A DNA stretch of 61,346 bases, the filler included, from Sphacelaria rigidula (Eukaryota), in NCBI GenBank assembly GCA_964200075.2. It is 8 parts of 8 records of this genome, joined end to end, with 100 filler letters (N's around TTAATTAATTAA, not from the genome) between each part and the next. Parts side by side here need not be neighbours in the genome. Positions count along the whole stretch, not along the records: positions 1 to 7,581 come from CAXNAA020014231.1; positions 7,682 to 15,262 come from CAXNAA020014232.1; 6 more parts are not named here. One strand, 5' to 3'. The notes under the pieces were generated by a model. It did no database searches and had not been told where the DNA came from. It saw only the letters and a program-made list of their open reading frames with translations. The translations under genes and the position numbers were made by a program. Of this stretch, positions 1 through 11,900 are shown piece after piece (position 1 is the first letter of the stretch; each line of letters opens with the position of its first letter).

Positions 1-94
1 TACGGTTTATACAGCATGACTGCTTGCGCGTCATGGCGAGCCGACTCGTAAAAATCTTGATTTGTCCTAACCGTGAAACGGTTTACGGACAGCC

Positions 95-645
95 CAGAGC
101 GGTCAACAAGATCAAGGACTTCTCCGGACTGGATGGGATCGTTTCTGCACGGTGTTTAGATTCCCTACGTGGTCTAAATCGACAGAGCGGTCAACAAGAT
201 CAAGGATTTCTCCGGACTGGATGGGATCGTTTCTGCACGGTGTTTAGATTCGTTACGTGGTTTAAATCGGCAGAGCGATCAACAAGATCAAGGACTTCTC
301 CGGACTGGATGGGATCGTTCCTGCACGGTGTTTAGATTCCCTACGTGGTCTAAATCGACAGAGCGATCAACAAGATCAAGGATTTCTCCGGTTTGAATGG
401 GATCATTTCTGCACGGTGTTTAGATTCCCTACGTGGTCTAACCCGGCGGAGCGATCAACGAGATCAAGGATTTCTCCGAAGTGGATGAGATCGTTCCTGT
501 ACGGTGTTTAGATTCCCTACGTGGTCTAAGCCGGCAGAGAGATCTACAAGAGCAGGAGTTGCCGAAACTGTTCGAGATTGTTCTGCACGGTGTTTAAATT
601 CCCTACGTGGTCTAAATCGGCAGAACGGTTACCAAGATCGACGGC
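95..645. repeat. Tandem array, 88-bp unit, about 6.5 copies
   Basis: The (g/gg)atcaacaagatcaagga anchor recurs at 101, 189, 277, 365, 453 and 541 (period 88), with a degenerate copy near 627. Confidence 0.95.
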
Positions 646-746
646 TACACGAAACCAACGCCGAATACTCGAGGACGAGGAACATGGTAACGCGACGATC
701 CATCGTTGAACCACGTTCAACCCCAGGGTTTGTCAACCCTAGGCCT

Positions 747-960
747 GAGGGGGGGTGTTATGGATCGCGGCATACATGGAGGTAGGGCAGTACGATGATG
801 GGCCCGTCTATCTGATGGAAAAGTCCCGGAGGACTGACTGCAGGAACTGGCAATTTGCCGCAGTCAGGGGTGAGGATGTTTGATCCGTACGAAGACGGTT
901 ACATAAACATGCCTCTTTACATCCGGCTTGAACTCGATTCTTATGAGAATTCGATGTCAA
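747..960 (+). mobile_element. Putative polypurine tract plus start of the 3' LTR of an LTR retrotransposon
   Basis: GAGGGGGGG (747-755) is directly followed by TGTTATGG (756), the typical PPT-LTR junction. The LTR's right end is not defined. Confidence 0.45.
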
Positions 961-3900
961 CCGGCACCCTGGTTTTTACTCCTATGAAAGGGAACGAAGT
1001 GACCTGAAAAATGAGATTCAAAACCACCGTTGCAAAAGAGAAATGCCATCACCTGAAGCTGTGAACAAGACAACCTGACATTCAGGATGAACTGTTCCTC
1101 GTTAAACTGATCATCCCTTGTGCTGCAAAACCGTTTTGCCCTGCGATAAATGGTGAGCGAGTACGTACGAATCACTGCATACTGTACTGCACATGGATGA
1201 ATATGCCTCATGTTTGGTTGAAGTAGGAAATTTCACTTCATGCCCCGTCTTGTGAAGATCCGTCATCACAGTGCTTGAGCAGCGATCATGGTAACCATAA
1301 CAATTGAGACAGTAGTAAACAACGAACTAGTGCACGGACAAGCCAGAGAGGCTACTATACCGTCTGTTTGTAACATGGTGCTTCCGACGTGGGACTTTTG
1401 TGTCCACAGTTGTCATCCTTGACGTGTTGATCACTGCTCTTGCGGTTCCCCAAAATGCGCTTTTTCAACGATGTTTCGGGTGCGTCCATAACAGCGGTTA
1501 CAGCTGTTCAGGTGGTGTTCATACTTCATATCGTACAGTCAACATGAAGTGTCCGTATAGTCTATACATTTTCTTGCGTGATGTGTCGATGAATCTGGCG
1601 ATGTGATCATCCAACCTTACTTTCTGTCATGACAAGCTACAACCAAGGGAAGGGAAGGAAATGAAGAGTTCAGCCTGAAGACATCGTGCTATCCGCTTTG
1701 GATTGATCTCATCGTACACTGGATAGTCGCGTGGATAACGCTTGCCTCATAATGCATCTGGGTAGGAGCCAATGTGATGAACCGTGAATGCTGTCAAACG
1801 CTGGACTGTTTGTTCTTGTAGCCCGAGATATACCGAACTGATGCGCTGATGCTGTCGCTCCGAGTGAAGCTACCACATGCATGCAGCGGTTATTCTTGTC
1901 TACGGGAGGCCGCGTTCCTACGGCATCTATGCACGACTGCAACATGTCTGTAGCAAGCGCACACATGTATGCCTCTATTATGGTCCAGGGATACTGGTGG
2001 AATGTTGTCCGCTGGACTTTGAGCTTGCTGATCACTGATCATACAGCTAAAATCCGGCTACCTAGACTGTTTTTACGTACTACTGTCTATCTGTTGCCGT
2101 TGAAATGGGGGTATAAAAGCAGGTCATCTGCTGTGTGTGCACCCCATCACCTGAAATAGCGTTGTCACAATGTTTGCGCAGTGCATAAACCAAGTTGATA
2201 CCCATCTTTCTGCAACCTGCATGATATCATCAATCATTCTCCTACTGATCAACTGATACTGGTATGCATTAGACCATAAACCGACTGAGTGTGATGCTTG
2301 GGGTGCATGTTGCATGACAGCGGTGCCATATATATAGACATTCAACAGGATAGTGGGCATTTAAAGTGTAATTCCCCGCCCCAAGTAGCCACATGGATCA
2401 GTCGACAAGCGTTGTTTCAAGCATCATCGATCTGCAACCTTGTTTTTGCCTTGACACGTTGTAACCGAGAGGCAAACTGCCAAACAGATAGTGAGTGAGG
2501 CGCACGCAGGCGTACACGGGGAAACACGATGTTACACGAAGCTAGGGGAGGTATCACCTGCGACCAGGTATAAGACCATGCTATGCTTGCTTTACACGCC
2601 GTGGCAGGTCAGATCCTCCGCACACAGCAATGAAAACGTTGAAGCGATGAATCTTTACACCCCGTCATCATGTGAATGAAACAAACAATGCTCCGCTATA
2701 AACTGCACAGATGTGCCTGTACGCCGCCCTGTCGTTGTGAGTATGAAGATGCTGTACTGTATTGTGAACTACTACTGTCTGTACTACTACTTGCTACCGC
2801 CATCCTGGCTGTGCACACAATTTTGTATTGCTGCATTCACGTCTAGACTGAGTGTTTGTTGGCCTTGGTGTGAATGTGCAAACACGCGCTCTTCCAACAA
2901 CTAAATGTCTTATTTTGCACCGACAGCCGAATGCTTGACAGAGTGAACTTTCCTGCTTCATGATTCACCCTGCACATAAGTCGTACTACGATACTTTTGG
3001 ATACCGACGCGATACCCCATCTTCCTGTAACCTGATGCGGCGTACTGTTGTCATTTGAATGTTACTAGTTATCCCTCACCATTATCCTGCATCAATCGTG
3101 CCTTACTGTGCGGTGATATGTTACCCCGTGTCGCTCAAAAACCGACGCAATTGAGGCAAATTTTCGCTCACCATGCATTAAGTACGCCCTATACACATTG
3201 CCATATAAATTCGGAGTATTTTGATATTTTTTCGCGTACCGCGTGCTAGCTGTCCCGCACTTGCTGGTTCGCGACATGAAGATTTGTGTATTACGAGTGG
3301 ACACCTGATGATAAGCGACTGTACTGTGTTGTACTGTACTGTACTGTACTGCTGCTGGATTTTGCATTGCACAAACGTTTGCACCGATGCTTGCGTACTT
3401 CTGTCAGTCGTCCTGCATTTGCTTGCTCCCAACGTGATTATTCGTGTGCTGTGGAACCAATCTAACATACAGTCAGATGACCGAGAAACTACAATGTGGG
3501 TACCGATTTGCGCGACGCTGAATATATATATCGTTCACCATTGTTGTCACGCGGTTCGATACCGTGGTTGTTCCTAACCAGCACAGCTTCACCACACGCC
3601 CGCCGTTACTCGATTCAAGAATCAATTCCGTGATAGCGGCATACACCAAACATGTCATGTTACTAGCTGTATTTTTCACTCCCGCCTCCGAGGGCGGGTC
3701 GAATGGGAAAGAGAAGCAGCGATACAGTTTTTGAGTATCAACGGCGATGATGTGGGCACGGTAGTCCGATTGGATACTGTTACTATATAGGGGTCAAATC
3801 TTTTCGTGTAGACCTGAATGAGTAGAGTCACGGTGGATGCTAGGATTGCATGATTTTCTATACTGCTTTACTAAATATTTCCATACAACAGCTGCTGTGT

Positions 3901-4629
3901 GCTTTCTGCTGTGCGATGCCGCTGAAAGGAGCAATATAACCCTATGCCGTCTTCACCCATCAAGCTTGTGCTTACTGTATTTACCACACGGGAGTTTGCA
4001 TCGCGTTCGCACGCCAGAAACGGGATGGTGTATATAGACGAGTTTGACATTAAATATCAGCTGAACTACTGATTCGAGTATAATCTATCGGCATTTGCCG
4101 CGAAATGGAGTAACGTTAATCTTGTTCACAACTGATGCTGCGGTTGCTATACGCCAGGATTTTGTAGTTTGATACAGCTGAAATGGGACCGCGCTATCCT
4201 GCTCCACATATACTTAAACGCGACAAGACCCGCTGGATGAAAAAAATCGCTTGTGTCTCCGCACATTGGGTTGGATGTCACCCTTCGATTTTACCACATG
4301 CTACCATTTTATTTATTGTGATGCTGTTTCAGGATGGCTGTATAAAATGACTGTACTGATTTTATAGGGCCTGCACTATCTCCTCTTTGAAACCCCACCT
4401 ATGTACTCAATCTAACAGTTCATAGGTAAACAGTGCATGAGTAATGTGCTTTCACTGTGGGAACAGAAGTGTTCCGAATCACCATCGAATATCAAATGTC
4501 AGACTATGCATGCGGAAGAACCTCTCTCGTGTACTGTTTACTCGAGTCTATATACTGTGGGGACACATAGGGTAGTGATGGCCGTATTACCTGAGTGAAA
4601 CTACTGAACGCGATATTTAAGCAGCAAAT

Positions 4630-4928
4630 AACAAGGTTTTCGTGAGATTGAGAGTTGGGTGCGGATTGAGAGTGGCTTTGATCCTTCGCTTGAACTTGGC
4701 CAATTTTTCATTCCGTGTGTGTTTTTCGTCGTCTCATCACTGCCATATGCTTACAGCTACACGGTGATATCTTACTCAGGGGTATCGAGGGCCCCAGTGG
4801 CGAGCTACTACAGAGAGAATATTGGGCCTGGTGGAGGTGCATTTCGGGACTGAAACGGCTTCTTCACTCATCGACCGCTTTTCACTCTCAATCGTACCTT
4901 CAACTCTCAATTTCATGAAAACATTGTT
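4630..4928. mobile_element. MITE (~300 bp), copy 1
   Basis: TIRs aacaaggttttcgtgagattgagag ... ctctcaatttcatgaaaacattgtt; non-coding interior; second copy at 24678-24977. Confidence 0.85.
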
Positions 4929-4939
4929 GAATGTGTGTT

Positions 4940-5630
4940 ATTGTCATGGAAATTGAATGTAACTTCAACGTGGTTCCCCCTGATTGATAGTTTTGCCCTT
5001 GGTGGATAGCTCCAAAGGGTATGGGCCAGTCATACATGCTTGAGAACTTCGGGGCTATGTGATGTCTGCTCCGATTTTGAAGAAATCAGACTCAACCATG
5101 TACTTTGACTTTACTTCACGACTTTCAATACACGGGTTATCGTTTCCGTGTGCACCTAATAACCGCACCTCGTACATGGCCGTGTGTGCAACTTATAGAG
5201 AATGACATTGTTACGCTGCCGTCCGCTAATGCACGAAAATCTGTTTGTGTAACCGTAATGTCATACTGTCTGCATACATGCTACCAGGCACGGTACTATG
5301 TAAGCCGATTAGCGGTGAACAGAAGTTGCGAGGTTTGAATGAACGAAACATGAGGTATTTATCCTACCCCCTGGTCAGGGGGGGCAAATCATTAATGCTC
5401 GAAATGCTATTTTGTCATGAAAAATGGATGTAATCCCTACGTGGTTCCCCCTGTTTGATCGTTTAAGCCCTTGGTAGATATCTTCAAAGAGTATAAACGA
5501 ACCATGCATGCGTTAAAAAAATGGAGAGTTATGTGAAGCTGTTTCGATTCTAAGAGATCAAACCCAACCATGTACTTCTAGCTTACATTTCGACTGTGAA
5601 TACGTAGGTGGGTATTTCCACGTGCACTGT
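4940..5630. repeat. Diverged direct duplication (~220 bp; 4940-5160 vs 5412-5630)
   Basis: Shared blocks gtcatg..aatgtaa..acgtggttccccctg..tgat..gcccttggt.gata..caaccatgtactt. Confidence 0.75.
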
Positions 5631-5845
5631 TGAACATACCATTGTTTGATTAATATTACCCGCAGCCGTGTGTCACAGGACTGCATGAAGCCTGCAACAG
5701 TTGCTCGTCAACAATTATTGTTGGTGCCCGCCAGCCAATTTCTATTTAGCTACTCATGAGTGTGATAATCAACCCAGATCCACAACGATTGAGCGGCTAT
5801 AAGTGAAGCTGCATGCTAATGTGTTTGTATGAGGCCACCAGACGG

Positions 5846-6010
5846 ATGCTCCGTCAGTTCCCGCTGATCGTCTATACTCGTGCGCGCTCCGGCAATCAAT
5901 TCGAAGATGACTGTCTTCTTGTGCACGCTCTGACGATCCATTCGAAGATAACCGTCTACATGTGCGTGCTCCGTCAGTCAATTCGAAGATGGCCGTCTAC
6001 CTGTGCGCGT
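5846..6010. repeat. Minisatellite, ~40-bp unit, about 4 copies
   Basis: Recurring gctccgtcagtcaattcgaagatg.ccgtcta.tgtgcg. Confidence 0.8.
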
Positions 6011-6326
6011 TATGACCGTCCCGGGGGCAGGGCTACATTCTTCTGGTCTTGAGAGCCCATAGGTTCCACACATTCCTTTGCCGAGATTTACACCGGAAAT
6101 AATCGGAGGAAAGTTGTTGGTTTGTAATGAACGACTCGTGTGTTTATCGTGGAGACTATGCAAATTGTTAACATACAAGCCGGACATCGAATGCATGAAC
6201 GAGACAGTTGTATAAACCATATATATATATATATATACATGCTTGCACCATACAGCGAACAAGCAGGATTTGATTGCACACGGGAAAATGGGCGAGGACG
6301 AAGACTCAAGATGTCAAGACCATGCT

Positions 6327-6690
6327 TGTTCGAACAGGTTGACAGGGGAGCGAGGATTTTCCATGCGTTTTCGAACAGGTTGACAGGGGGCCAGGAGTTT
6401 CCCACGCGTGTTCGAACAGGTTGCCATGGATCCAGGACTTCCCATGTGTTTCGAACAGGTTGACAGGAGGCCAGGAGTTTCCCATGCGTGTCCGAACAGG
6501 TTGCCATGGGTCCAAGATTTTCCATGTATTTTCGAACAGGTTGACAAGGGGGCCAAGATTTTCCCATGCGTGTTCGAACAGGTTGACAGGCATCCAGGGA
6601 TGCCTATGCTGTCCGAACAGGTTGACAGGGGGCCAGGGTTTTTCCATGTATCTTCGAACAGGTTGACATGGACCCAGAGTTCCCTTGGGA
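6327..6690. repeat. Minisatellite, ~41-bp unit, about 9 copies
   Basis: Recurring ttcgaacaggttg(a/c)caggggg/atgg..ccaggagtttcccatgcgtg; explains the repetitive spurious ORFs in several frames. Confidence 0.95.
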
Positions 6691-7581
6691 GTCCATACAT
6701 TTATACCTGGCTGTCCCCGACACGTGATACCCTTGCCAAATGCACACGCGTGAATCTGTTTTGTCCGGTTCTATTGCTGTTCCCTTCGTTCTCCTCCTTC
6801 CCCTTTATTTTGTTTTGTTCCCTATCGTTATACTGGTAAAGCGCTGCTATTTATGTTACTGATTCCATCGTTTTTCACGCCGTTGATGACTGAGAATGTT
6901 TCTTCCAGACACCGCCCTCGTGACTCTTGAATCATGGAGATTGCAATACACTGCAATGAATCATCCATAATTATTTTAGTCGGTGTTTTTACATCTATGT
7001 GGCACGTGCGTGCAGATTTAACGCGTCGATTATCACATAGCTAACCCCAAATCGGTGAAAAATGAGTGGAAACCCCGTGAACCCTCGAGCCCGGCCCTTA
7101 TACCCGGCGGGATCCGTCCAACAGCCTCCCGTGCAAGCACCTTTCCATGCAGCAGCAGGTTGACGTACCTTCCCACGCGGCAGAACGTTTCCGCACCTCC
7201 TCAGCAGCATCAATCTTTTGTGCGTCCGCCACTGCAGCAGTATTCTGCGCCACGACGATAACAGCAGTATTTTTCCGCCTTTGCAATAGAACGCCGCCGA
7301 AGCGCCGCAAATGAATTTGCTTAGTGCTCCTGACTAACGGTTTGCACAACCGATCTTTCCTCCGTTTTTCTTCAGCGGATATTTCCAGTAACTAAGTCTC
7401 CGTTGACATTGTTCATCCCAAGCCAGGCGCAACCAGCAGGGTACATATTCCATTCTCAGCTGCCGCCGCCGCTGCCGCCGCCTCTGTAGCATCGATCTAG
7501 GGACTAGGTTCCACCTAACCCGATGGGTACGCATACAAATATTTCACCCGTCCGGGGCTACCCCTCCTTCGAACGCCATTT

Positions 7582-7681
7582 NNNNNNNNNNNNNNNNNNN
7601 NNNNNNNNNNNNNNNNNNNNNNNNNTTAATTAATTAANNNNNNNNNNNNNNNNNNNNNNNNNNNNNNNNNNNNNNNNNNNN
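7582..7681. other. Artificial scaffold linker
   Basis: 44 N + TTAATTAATTAA (stops in all six frames) + 44 N. Confidence 0.97.
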
Positions 7682-8559
7682 TGGTGTTGGACGGGGTGGT
7701 GGGGTCCAGCGAATACCGGGCCCCCCTTTGATTATCAAAGTATTCTCTAGCCCGGGCCCCCCCCCCCCCCCGCAGCATCGAGACCATAGGTATGGGCCTT
7801 TGCGTGTGATGCCGGTCAATCAAAAACTATTCTAATGAAGCTATTATGTGGTGACGTGTAATGCCGACTGCTGTATTCACGAAGAGTCATGCACCATCAG
7901 GAGGTTTGAGCATTGCATCTTTCGCGGTGCTTGTCCGTATTATTTACTCCTTGTGCTGTGGTCCGTGAACAACTATCGCGCTGTACCCACCCATATCGGT
8001 GATGGGAATTCGCTCGCGCCAACCGTCTGCGCGCTGGTCGCAAATGTGCGCTGTTGAGGCGGTGCGGGCGACCTCCGTTTGATGCTTCGCGGCATCCCAG
8101 CTCAAAAAGCAGCTGCGGGTGCTCCTCTACTGCTGCTGCAGCAGCATCACAGATATATACTATTACCGACAGAGCGCCGCTCTTTTTCCCTACTACCCCG
8201 CCCTCTTCCGACGCGCAATGTTTCCTTGTCGAGGGTACGAAGCTTGCCTTTCTAGCTATCTGTGCGTTTGCATCCAAGTACGAAGGTTCGTTTTCGCCGT
8301 ACTGAGAATCATTGTTGTCTTTTGCCCGTCTGACGGACGACCTGTACGGACTCTGACATTTAATTTTCTAAATTGAATTTTTCCGCTCCGCGGCGACTGT
8401 GCGTGGTGGTTTTTAACGATTTATGAGGAGACCAGCATAAAGAGCCCACCGCTGATATAAGTCAATGGCCGATAAGAGAAGACAGAGGCAGGTTACTTCC
8501 CGTGTTAACCCCGCTTCTCGCACTCATTCCTAGTCTGAGTCAAAGCGGGACACTCTCTA

Positions 8560-9600
8560 AAGCATTTCCACCCTGGATTCCTCGCGAGCTGTCGTTCTAT
8601 CAGCTGGGGAAACGGTCCGATTGGCTGCTCTCGACGCTAGCAGCGCCTCGTTTGTGGCGAAGGTTCGACTTGAGTTTACAGTCGCGTCGCCACGTATCCT
8701 CGAACTCTTCCGCCCCTCTTTCGACCCTGAGGTGTCATTCGCCGCAGTGGCCCAATCGTGTGCCTTTGACCTCCACACCGCAGATGAACCATTTTCGCAG
8801 TGCTCCTCTTGTGTAGAGGAGCCCCTTGTGCACTCAGGTTCTCCTAGACGCGGTCCCCCCAGTGTTCGGAGGGCCGGCCAGCCTCCTCGGACCCTTGTGC
8901 GTCTGATCGCACGAACGTGATGCGCTTTGGAAGACTGTTTTGTCCCGCCGGGCAAGCGCTCCCGCCAACCAGAGTCGACGTTGGCGGATAATCATCGCGA
9001 CATGTTCACAGCGGGTGATTTCGAGCACATCTCTGTATGACGGAGTCTTGTAGTCAGTTCCCTTATTCCTGCTGAAGCCAACCACTCGCAGCCGAAGCTT
9101 GCAGTAGGCAGCGCGCAGACTGTCGAAGTCCTCGGGATACAGCATCCATGTAGCACATCCTTAGGGCATAGCTTCCGCCATATCTGCCTGAAGCAGTCGG
9201 ATGTTCAGAGGACGCTGGCTGCTGGGATGATCGTAGAGTTGAAACCTTTACTTTCGGAGGCGTGCGCACGCAGGGCTGATGCGGCGATTGATCTCGATGG
9301 GAATACTCGCACCTGCCCTGACAGCACCATCAAAGTAGACACATCCGACCGTCTGCTCATGCCGTCTGCCGCCCGAGTCGATGTGTAGCGCAGTCTCTGC
9401 GGAGCTGGGTACTGACCACAGGCTCACGGACTCTGTCTTACCCTCCGATACCATCAATCCGAACTTCTGACCGGCCACCACTATCATGACCATCATTTTG
9501 GCAAGCCCGTGCGGGGATCTCGAGACTCTTCCAGCGTCATCCGTGTCTGGCATTCCCCGTACTGCGCGCTGCACCTTCTCCGGAGGCGCCTCTTCCAGGG
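8560..9600 (-). mobile_element. 5'-truncated, degenerate RTE-type LINE (RT C-terminal half and thumb)
   Basis: VQRAVRGMPDTDDAG (degenerate YADD), then SRSPHGLAKMM..FGLMVSEGKTE..VYFDG..EINRRI and IIRQRRLWLAGALAR, split by frameshifts. Confidence 0.85.
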
Positions 9601-10799
9601 GGTCACCATCGTCACCTACCCATGGGAAGCAAAGCAACAAAACGGAAACACATGCTCAAACGAAATTCAAGAAAGGGAGATGACAAGAAGAGATATATAA
9701 AACGAACGGAGTAGATTGAACGAAAACGAGAGATTGATAAACTTTATGTCTGGAACCACAAAATGTGGGCAAGAACTCTTATCCACGAGCGGTGCAGGAG
9801 CGTGACACAACCAAGCTGTTGCGCATGATAATGCGACCCTTGATGCGATCTATTCATTTGTGGGATACATGCGTACTCTACTATTGGTTCCCGATCCACA
9901 TACGTCAGATCGAGCTACGTTCGATATTCCACGTGGTGTTTTTTTTGTTTCATGCATTTTTGCCTCAGAAGTTGAAGCAACCCGTATGGGTGGATGGTAG
10001 CTAGTGCGATATCGCGGAAGTTGAGGGCGTACGGTACTGCGCAAAACGACACATAACGCATGTACATCACCTGAGATATCGACCGGCACGGTTCTGTTTG
10101 TTTTGACTTTTCATTGCCCAAGAATTGAAATTTCTCCGCCCTCTCCAGGGGAGGGTGCCTGGGGGTACACACGAACTAAGTAACTAACCGTGAAAAGTAA
10201 ACACAGTAACGGAGGTAATACTGTGTGATATTGTATAAACACGTGAGACGTATTGTAGCGTTCCGTCTCTTCCCCTGTGGGGGTCTGGTCCAGAAGACCC
10301 CTCCACCCCGCCTCCTTGATTTTTCTCCTCATAATATTTTCGCCTCCCCTTCTTCGGGAGAGTCCGTAGGCTCAAGTATTCGACCCTCATCTCCCTCGGT
10401 GCCTCCATGACATTTTCCTTTCGAGGATTACATCAGCACTCCCGCATACCGATGCCATTCGAGTTTTCTTTGCTACTCACGTTCTCGCGCTTTCAATGCC
10501 GCAAACGAGATGACTCCCTAAAAACTGTTGCTCCATGAACGACGTAATAATCGCGTTGGCCGAAAAGCAGCTGGGGCATTCCGAAAAGAAGAACTCTCCG
10601 AGTACTTCCGGTCTGCACCAGCTGCAGAAGTGACCTCATGCAAACAAATATTCGATGCTGATTTTCCCCCGTATCCTGTTCCTGTTCCATTGTATGAGGG
10701 TATGTATCTCACCAGGCAGTTCAGCTACTCCGCCAGTATCTCCTCTTTGTATAGTCACCACGTAAATTCTGATTTTCTGACGCGCGGTCCTCTTGTCGA

Positions 10800-11900
10800 T
10801 CCTTCGAAACAGTACGCGCCCTTTACGTCAAGTCCTTCAACAGGCTCTTCATAACCCGAGTCCACTCAAGTCTAGGGGTCTGACTCCGTCGTAAGGCTAT
10901 AGGATCACTTGGATCCAGAGAACTCTCATCTTTCCTGTAATTCCTGTTGAGAGTAGATATGTCGTCAGTCATCCAGGAACCGACGACATTTTTGCGCCAG
11001 CGCATACCACAATAGTACTTACAAGACGTACTGGATATCGTGGGTACTACTCGTCCTCAAACCAATGTAGCGTGCCTTGCCGTCCCATGTCTCCTTCAAA
11101 AGAGTGTATGTTGGGACGGCAAGTTGGCCCGCGAGATGTGCATCCTGATCTCCATCGATACGGTCGCGATGGACAGTACTGGGTTACGACCCTCGAGCAG
11201 TCGAACAGTTCCCTTGAAATCATGCACATGTCTTTACGTGCGTGCACGGCGGTAGCGATGTAATGTAAGTGTGATCGACTCAACTCGGCGAGGGGCAGAC
11301 ACGTCTCCACGCGGCACTTTCACATGAGAACAGAACTCTAAACTCTCACGATGGCAGCGTGCGCCACATCAGTCCATCCGCGCTGTATATTGTTTCTTGA
11401 CATCAAACAAATACCGGCGTATTGACTAGTGTGCAATTTTTTTGAGTGCCGCCTACGCCCAAAAGTTTGAGACGGTATTGCCCATTTCGAGACATGAGAT
11501 ACGTCATTACCACGTCGACCAGTGTTTATTTCTATTCAGAATAAGTTGTTGTCCAGAGATGTGCATGTAAAATGGGGTATTTTTGTAGTGGTCGTTGATA
11601 AAACAGGTCTAATCGGACAATAGAATGAACGCGTCTGGAATACACATGTTCACGGAGCCTCCAAGAGTATGCCCAGACTATCCGCACCGCACAGACATTG
11701 GCTCCCAGTATTGCCCCTACTCACCTTCAGACGATACTCCTTGTTTGAAATCCAATATTGGAAAAGGGGCGGTAGTCTGCATGCAAGAAAAAACGCGAAA
11801 AATGCAGGTATTCACGATTTGTGCTTATTTCTTCGCGGCGCGTGCTCGACGAAAAGGATCGTCTCTCAGTTCATCTGCGAACATATTCCACCCTCAAATA
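10800..11900 (-). pseudogene. Heavily decayed reverse-transcriptase remnant, probably DIRS/Ngaro-type
   Basis: Minus-strand frames give, in order, ILDFKQGVS, VDHTYI, IDGDQDAHL..TLLKETWDGKARYIGLRTSS and VLLWYALAQKCRRFLDD. This resembles the DIRS RT motif order D(L)xDAY...LGFxWxG..FGLxxSP...YLDD; many stops and frameshifts. Confidence 0.4.

Noticed and set aside
957-3700. Possible spliced gene or transposase on the minus strand
   Set aside because: Exon-like fragments, but no recognisable motif or consistent frame.
6327-6690. CRISPR array or repeat-protein gene
   Set aside because: Whole units are homologous, and the 41-bp period is not a multiple of 3, so the ORFs are artefacts.
7626-7637. 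Periodic TTAATTAATTAA motif as a biological signal
   Set aside because: Embedded in N runs; it is an assembly linker.
9895-9935. RQIELRSIFH resembling DNA polymerase A motif A
   Set aside because: Catalytic Asp missing and no other PolA motifs; chance match.
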